Of a DNA stretch of 64,000 nt, positions 60,808 to 64,000 are shown one piece after another. Made by a program: the position numbers and the translations under genes. The DNA lies in assembly GCA_017654855.1 (NCBI GenBank), contig CM030335.1, positions 124,001 to 188,000 on the forward strand, written 5' to 3'. This DNA is from Podospora anserina (Eukaryota). Positions within the stretch are counted from its first letter, which is position 1, and each line of letters opens with the position of its first letter. Under the pieces are notes generated by a model that was given only the letters and a program-made list of their open reading frames with translations, did not search any database and was not told the DNA's origin.

Positions 60808-62019
60808 TCAGCCTTTAATCTCAAAAACCCTGCTCACAGCCCCTACCCCATTAGCCGAATACAGGCCCAAAAACCTCCTATCATCCAACCTGAACAACCC
60901 CGGCCAATGGCTCCCCCTCCCCGCAGCCACCGCCGCCCTCTCCCCTTCTCCATTCCCATCTCCTACCCCCTCCCATCTCCTGCCCCCATCCCTGCTCAAA
61001 ACAATCTTCATCTCCCCCCCATCCACTCCCTCCCCGCCCTCCGACTCACTCACCCCCTCATTCGTCATAAAGCTCACCACCAAAACCCCGCCCACGCTCA
61101 CGACCTGCGGCGCCCCAGCATCCTTCCCCTTCCTCGCCGTATAAACCCTCCTCCTCGTGCCCTGCCCCCATGTCTCCCCATCATCAAAACTCTCCACCAA
61201 ACCCACCGCAAACCTCCTCCCCCCCTCCTCCTCGGTAGTGGTCTCAAAAACACAAACCAACCTCCCCTCTTCCTCCCCCCCAACCTCAGCAACCCCCACC
61301 ATCCCATCCCTCGATTCTTTCCCCCCCCCCGCCCTCGACACCAAAACCTCCTCCCCCCAAGTCCGCCCACCATCGCCACTTACCCTGAGCATGTTATCCT
61401 GCCTGTTGATCCCCCTCTCACTGCTATAGTAAACCTGCACCCTCCCCCTCCCATCCACCCTCAAAAACGGCTCCCACAACCCGTTATTTTCTTTCTTCGC
61501 TGCCCGCTCAGAGGCGTGGGAGAGAAACTCCCATGTTCTTCCAAAGTCGGTGGAGACGCACAGCGTGATGCGGTAGTAGGTGTATTTTCTTGTTAGCGGG
61601 TCGATGTCGTGGTTGCGGAAGGCGTAGAGCATGTTTCCGTTGGGGAGCTGCAGGGCGAAGGGGTTGTCAATTTCGTGGGTCGACGCGTTGGCTGTCCAGA
61701 TGTGGGAGAGGAAGGTCCAGGTTTGGGTTGGATGATGGCTGGAGGTGCTGGCGGAGAGTGTTTTGAGGTCGTTTGAGTGGTGGGTGGTGGTGTAGGATGT
61801 TAGGAGTAGGGGGCTGTCGGGGGTGGGGGAGGAGAGGTTGAAGAGGGTGGTGGCGCGGGGGTAGACGGCGTTCGGGTGGATGAGGATCGGGGGGGAGATT
61901 GGGTTGAAGGAGAGGGTTGGTGGTGGTGAGCGGGGTGGGAGGAGGGGGGTTGCGGCGATGAGGGGGAGGGGGGATAGTAGCAGGTGGAGGAGGACCGAAA
62001 GGAAAAAGTAAGTAATCAT
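60808..62019 (-). CDS. Secreted BNR/Asp-box beta-propeller glycoside hydrolase, GH93 exo-arabinanase-like
   Basis: Signal peptide; YPRA, IDNPFALQLPNG, AFRNHD, Asp-boxes STDFGRTW, SGDGGRTW, SFDDGETW and SRDGGRRW; GLWEPF, SRDGM, CVFET and AGAPQV. Confidence 0.85.
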   Translation of the reverse strand: MITYFFLSVLLHLLLSPLPLIAATPLLPPRSPPPTLSFNPISPPILIHPNAVYPRATTLFNLSSPTPDSPLLLTSYTTTHHSNDLKTLSASTSSHHPTQTWTFLSHIWTANASTHEIDNPFALQLPNGNMLYAFRNHDIDPLTRKYTYYRITLCVSTDFGRTWEFLSHASERAAKKENNGLWEPFLRVDGRGRVQVYYSSERGINRQDNMLRVSGDGGRTWGEEVLVSRAGGGKESRDGMVGVAEVGGEEEGRLVCVFETTTEEEGGRRFAVGLVESFDDGETWGQGTRRRVYTARKGKDAGAPQVVSVGGVLVVSFMTNEGVSESEGGEGVDGGEMKIVLSRDGGRRWEGVGDGNGEGERAAVAAGRGSHWPGLFRLDDRRFLGLYSANGVGAVSRVFEIKG

Positions 62020-62703
62020 TGTGATTAAATAGTGGAGTGGATGCCCGTATTGACAAAGGAAAATGCTTTTCGAAAGCCAAGGCTGTGTAAGGTATGTGTA
62101 AAAAGTGAGAGTGAGTCCCTGACCCTGAAATGAAACTGCCCCTGCTCTCTGACATAAATGAGAAACAAAGGTTGGGACAGAGGGATATATACATGCATCA
62201 TCAGTCCATCAGAAACATCATGCCGGGCAGCCCAATCCCAACCCCCCCCCCCGCAATAATTATCAACAAAAGAATTTCCCCCCAGGCACCCGGGGGTTAG
62301 AGTTTGGCTCATACACAGGCTAACCAACGGCCTGGACGTTTTGCCCAAATCACTCGTACACTGACAAGAACCGGCCCTGAAGACCGGTCATCAAGCCGTC
62401 CAAACTGATGTTGGTTGGCTTCCTCGGCGGCTATTTTGGAGCTGCAAGATAACACACAACATCAGTATCACCGCTCCGGAAAGCAGCCTGGAGTGTCAAG
62501 ACCGCGAGGCAGTGCAATCTCACCTCGGAAGCAAGCAAACCACGTGGCCGCAAAGGCAACACACTCCACCGGATGGAGGTATCACAAGCCGTGTCGTATC
62601 AGTCAGCGGTGCCTCCCCTTCCAGAAACCCCAACTCGGGCGTGTAGGGTAAAGGGGTGTTGTGACGTGGTGCACATTCTCGGCCACCTATCGGTGTTCAA
62701 CTA

Positions 62704-63654
62704 CTACCCCTTCGCCGTGAGCGCCCTCCCACTCGGCCTCTCCACCCTGGAAAGTGACACCTCGTGTATAAAGTGTGACAGGGAAGGGTCCGACTTGGCG
62801 TATAACACCAAGAGGCTCCTCACTTCTCCTTCTGTGAGCAAATCCACCGACTGGCTCAGAGTTCTCTGCCGTGGCGGTGCGCGTTCGACTTGCTGGTCGT
62901 TTTCATCTTGTGAAGGTTCGTCCCAGTCGTCACTACGGCAGTCAATTGTTTCTTGGCTCGAGGCCGAGGTTGGAGGTGTGATATCCGCCAGGGGAGTTCG
63001 TGGGGTTTTGGAGAGTGGTGTTTCCGTCACGGGCTGGGTGTCGACCATGTCTTCCTGTGTCTCCTCATCCTGCCGAGGGTCTGGTGATATTCTCAGCGGA
63101 GAGACGGCGCGTCTTTTTCGGCGCTGCTGTGGTTGGAACATCTCGGCTTGTTGTCCGGGAGGTAGTGATCCTGAGAGGGATGCTGATGAAGGGGTGCGAG
63201 CGTGTCGGGGTGAACGTGGTGAGTGACTGTGAGATGATCGCGATGATTGCAGGTGGTGAGAAGGTCGTGGTGAGTGCGGCGGTGGTCTCATCGCAGGCAT
63301 ATCGGCATGGCTTGATGCTGGTCGACCTGATGTCCTCCGCAACATCTGCGTCGCAGCCCTCGCCGCTGGGCTCTCACTGGCACCCCTCTCGACATGATGG
63401 CTCTGTTTCTGCACACGTCCGCTAGCCACCTGATGCCCCGCCGTCATGAACCGCACCATTCGCGGCATCTTGGGGGAGGACTGGGCGGTAGGTGGACCAT
63501 TTTCGGCAGTGCCTGCTAGTCCAGGCCGGGGGTGGTTGCTGTGGCGTCTTCTTGACGATGGATGCGACGACGTCAGTGAGGACCTTCGAGAGTGACCGCG
63601 TTCGTGGCTGCTGCTGCCATGAGAGTTCATGGTCAGCTCGGGAGAGTATAACAT
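62704..63654 (-). CDS. Hypothetical Ser/His/Arg/Pro-rich disordered protein
   Basis: Long open frame of about 315 aa from MLYSPELTMNS; basic patch QRRKRR; helical C-terminal segment LLTEGEVRSLLVLYAKSDPSLSHFI. The 3' end may be spliced further. Confidence 0.55.
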   Translation of the reverse strand: MLYSPELTMNSHGSSSHERGHSRRSSLTSSHPSSRRRHSNHPRPGLAGTAENGPPTAQSSPKMPRMVRFMTAGHQVASGRVQKQSHHVERGASESPAARAATQMLRRTSGRPASSHADMPAMRPPPHSPRPSHHLQSSRSSHSHSPRSPRHARTPSSASLSGSLPPGQQAEMFQPQQRRKRRAVSPLRISPDPRQDEETQEDMVDTQPVTETPLSKTPRTPLADITPPTSASSQETIDCRSDDWDEPSQDENDQQVERAPPRQRTLSQSVDLLTEGEVRSLLVLYAKSDPSLSHFIHEVSLSRVERPSGRALTAKG

Positions 63655-64000
63655 CTTGTTGTCGACCGTGTGACGGCTGCGGTGTTTCTTCTTTTCACAT
63701 GCGCATGCGTGATATTTGTGTAAAGTTGGAAATAACAACAACAACAAAGACTTTGTCTGTATTTCTTTGTGCGAGGGGAACGCGCGACTGGGGGTCGTGT
63801 TTACGACAGGGATAACGCGTCCGCGATGCGACGTTGATGTATTTCATGTCATTACCTCCCCCACTTGCCCAAAGAGGTCAAGGCAGTCACAAAGAATTGT
63901 ATTGATTACACGCTCGGTATCGTTATTTCCATTCTTTTGTCAACAATCCCTCAAAACCCGCCAATATATCGCGCCCCAGCCACCACGACGACCAAGTTCA

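Noticed and set aside
1-64000. CRISPR arrays, rRNA genes, prokaryotic operons
   Set aside because: No regularly spaced direct repeats or rRNA-like sequence seen; the DNA is intron-containing fungal sequence.

Overview
Eukaryotic DNA from a filamentous ascomycete: short GT-AG introns with CTRAC branch sites, Zn2Cys6 regulators, a HET-domain gene, an AA9 LPMO and RIP-type mutation. The gene content and composition suggest Sordariales, probably Podospora-like (inference). Intact genes: tRNA-Ser(AGA), FLC/TRP-like channel, DBP3 helicase, RFT1, a GPI-type surface protein, AA9-CBM1 LPMO, DUF1989 protein, Zn-dependent dehydrogenase, TauD/CAS-like dioxygenase, three Zn-cluster regulators, a large Gly-rich protein, a membrane-anchored HET protein, an AIF-like Rieske/FAD reductase, a P450 and a GH93-like hydrolase. 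These are interleaved with decayed accessory DNA: F-box/ankyrin, APH-kinase, LHxHF-motif, SDR and coiled-coil pseudogenes, a LINE gag fragment and a full-length RIP-inactivated Fot1/Pot-like transposon with TIRs and TA duplication. The best leads are the transmembrane-HET fusion, a possible nitrogen/guanidine-type catabolic cluster (DUF1989, dehydrogenase, regulator, dioxygenase), a Gly-repeat protein, the C-x2-TR-x-G-x-H repeat protein and a probable dual-start AIF-like gene. All calls come from reading motifs by eye; no database searches were run.
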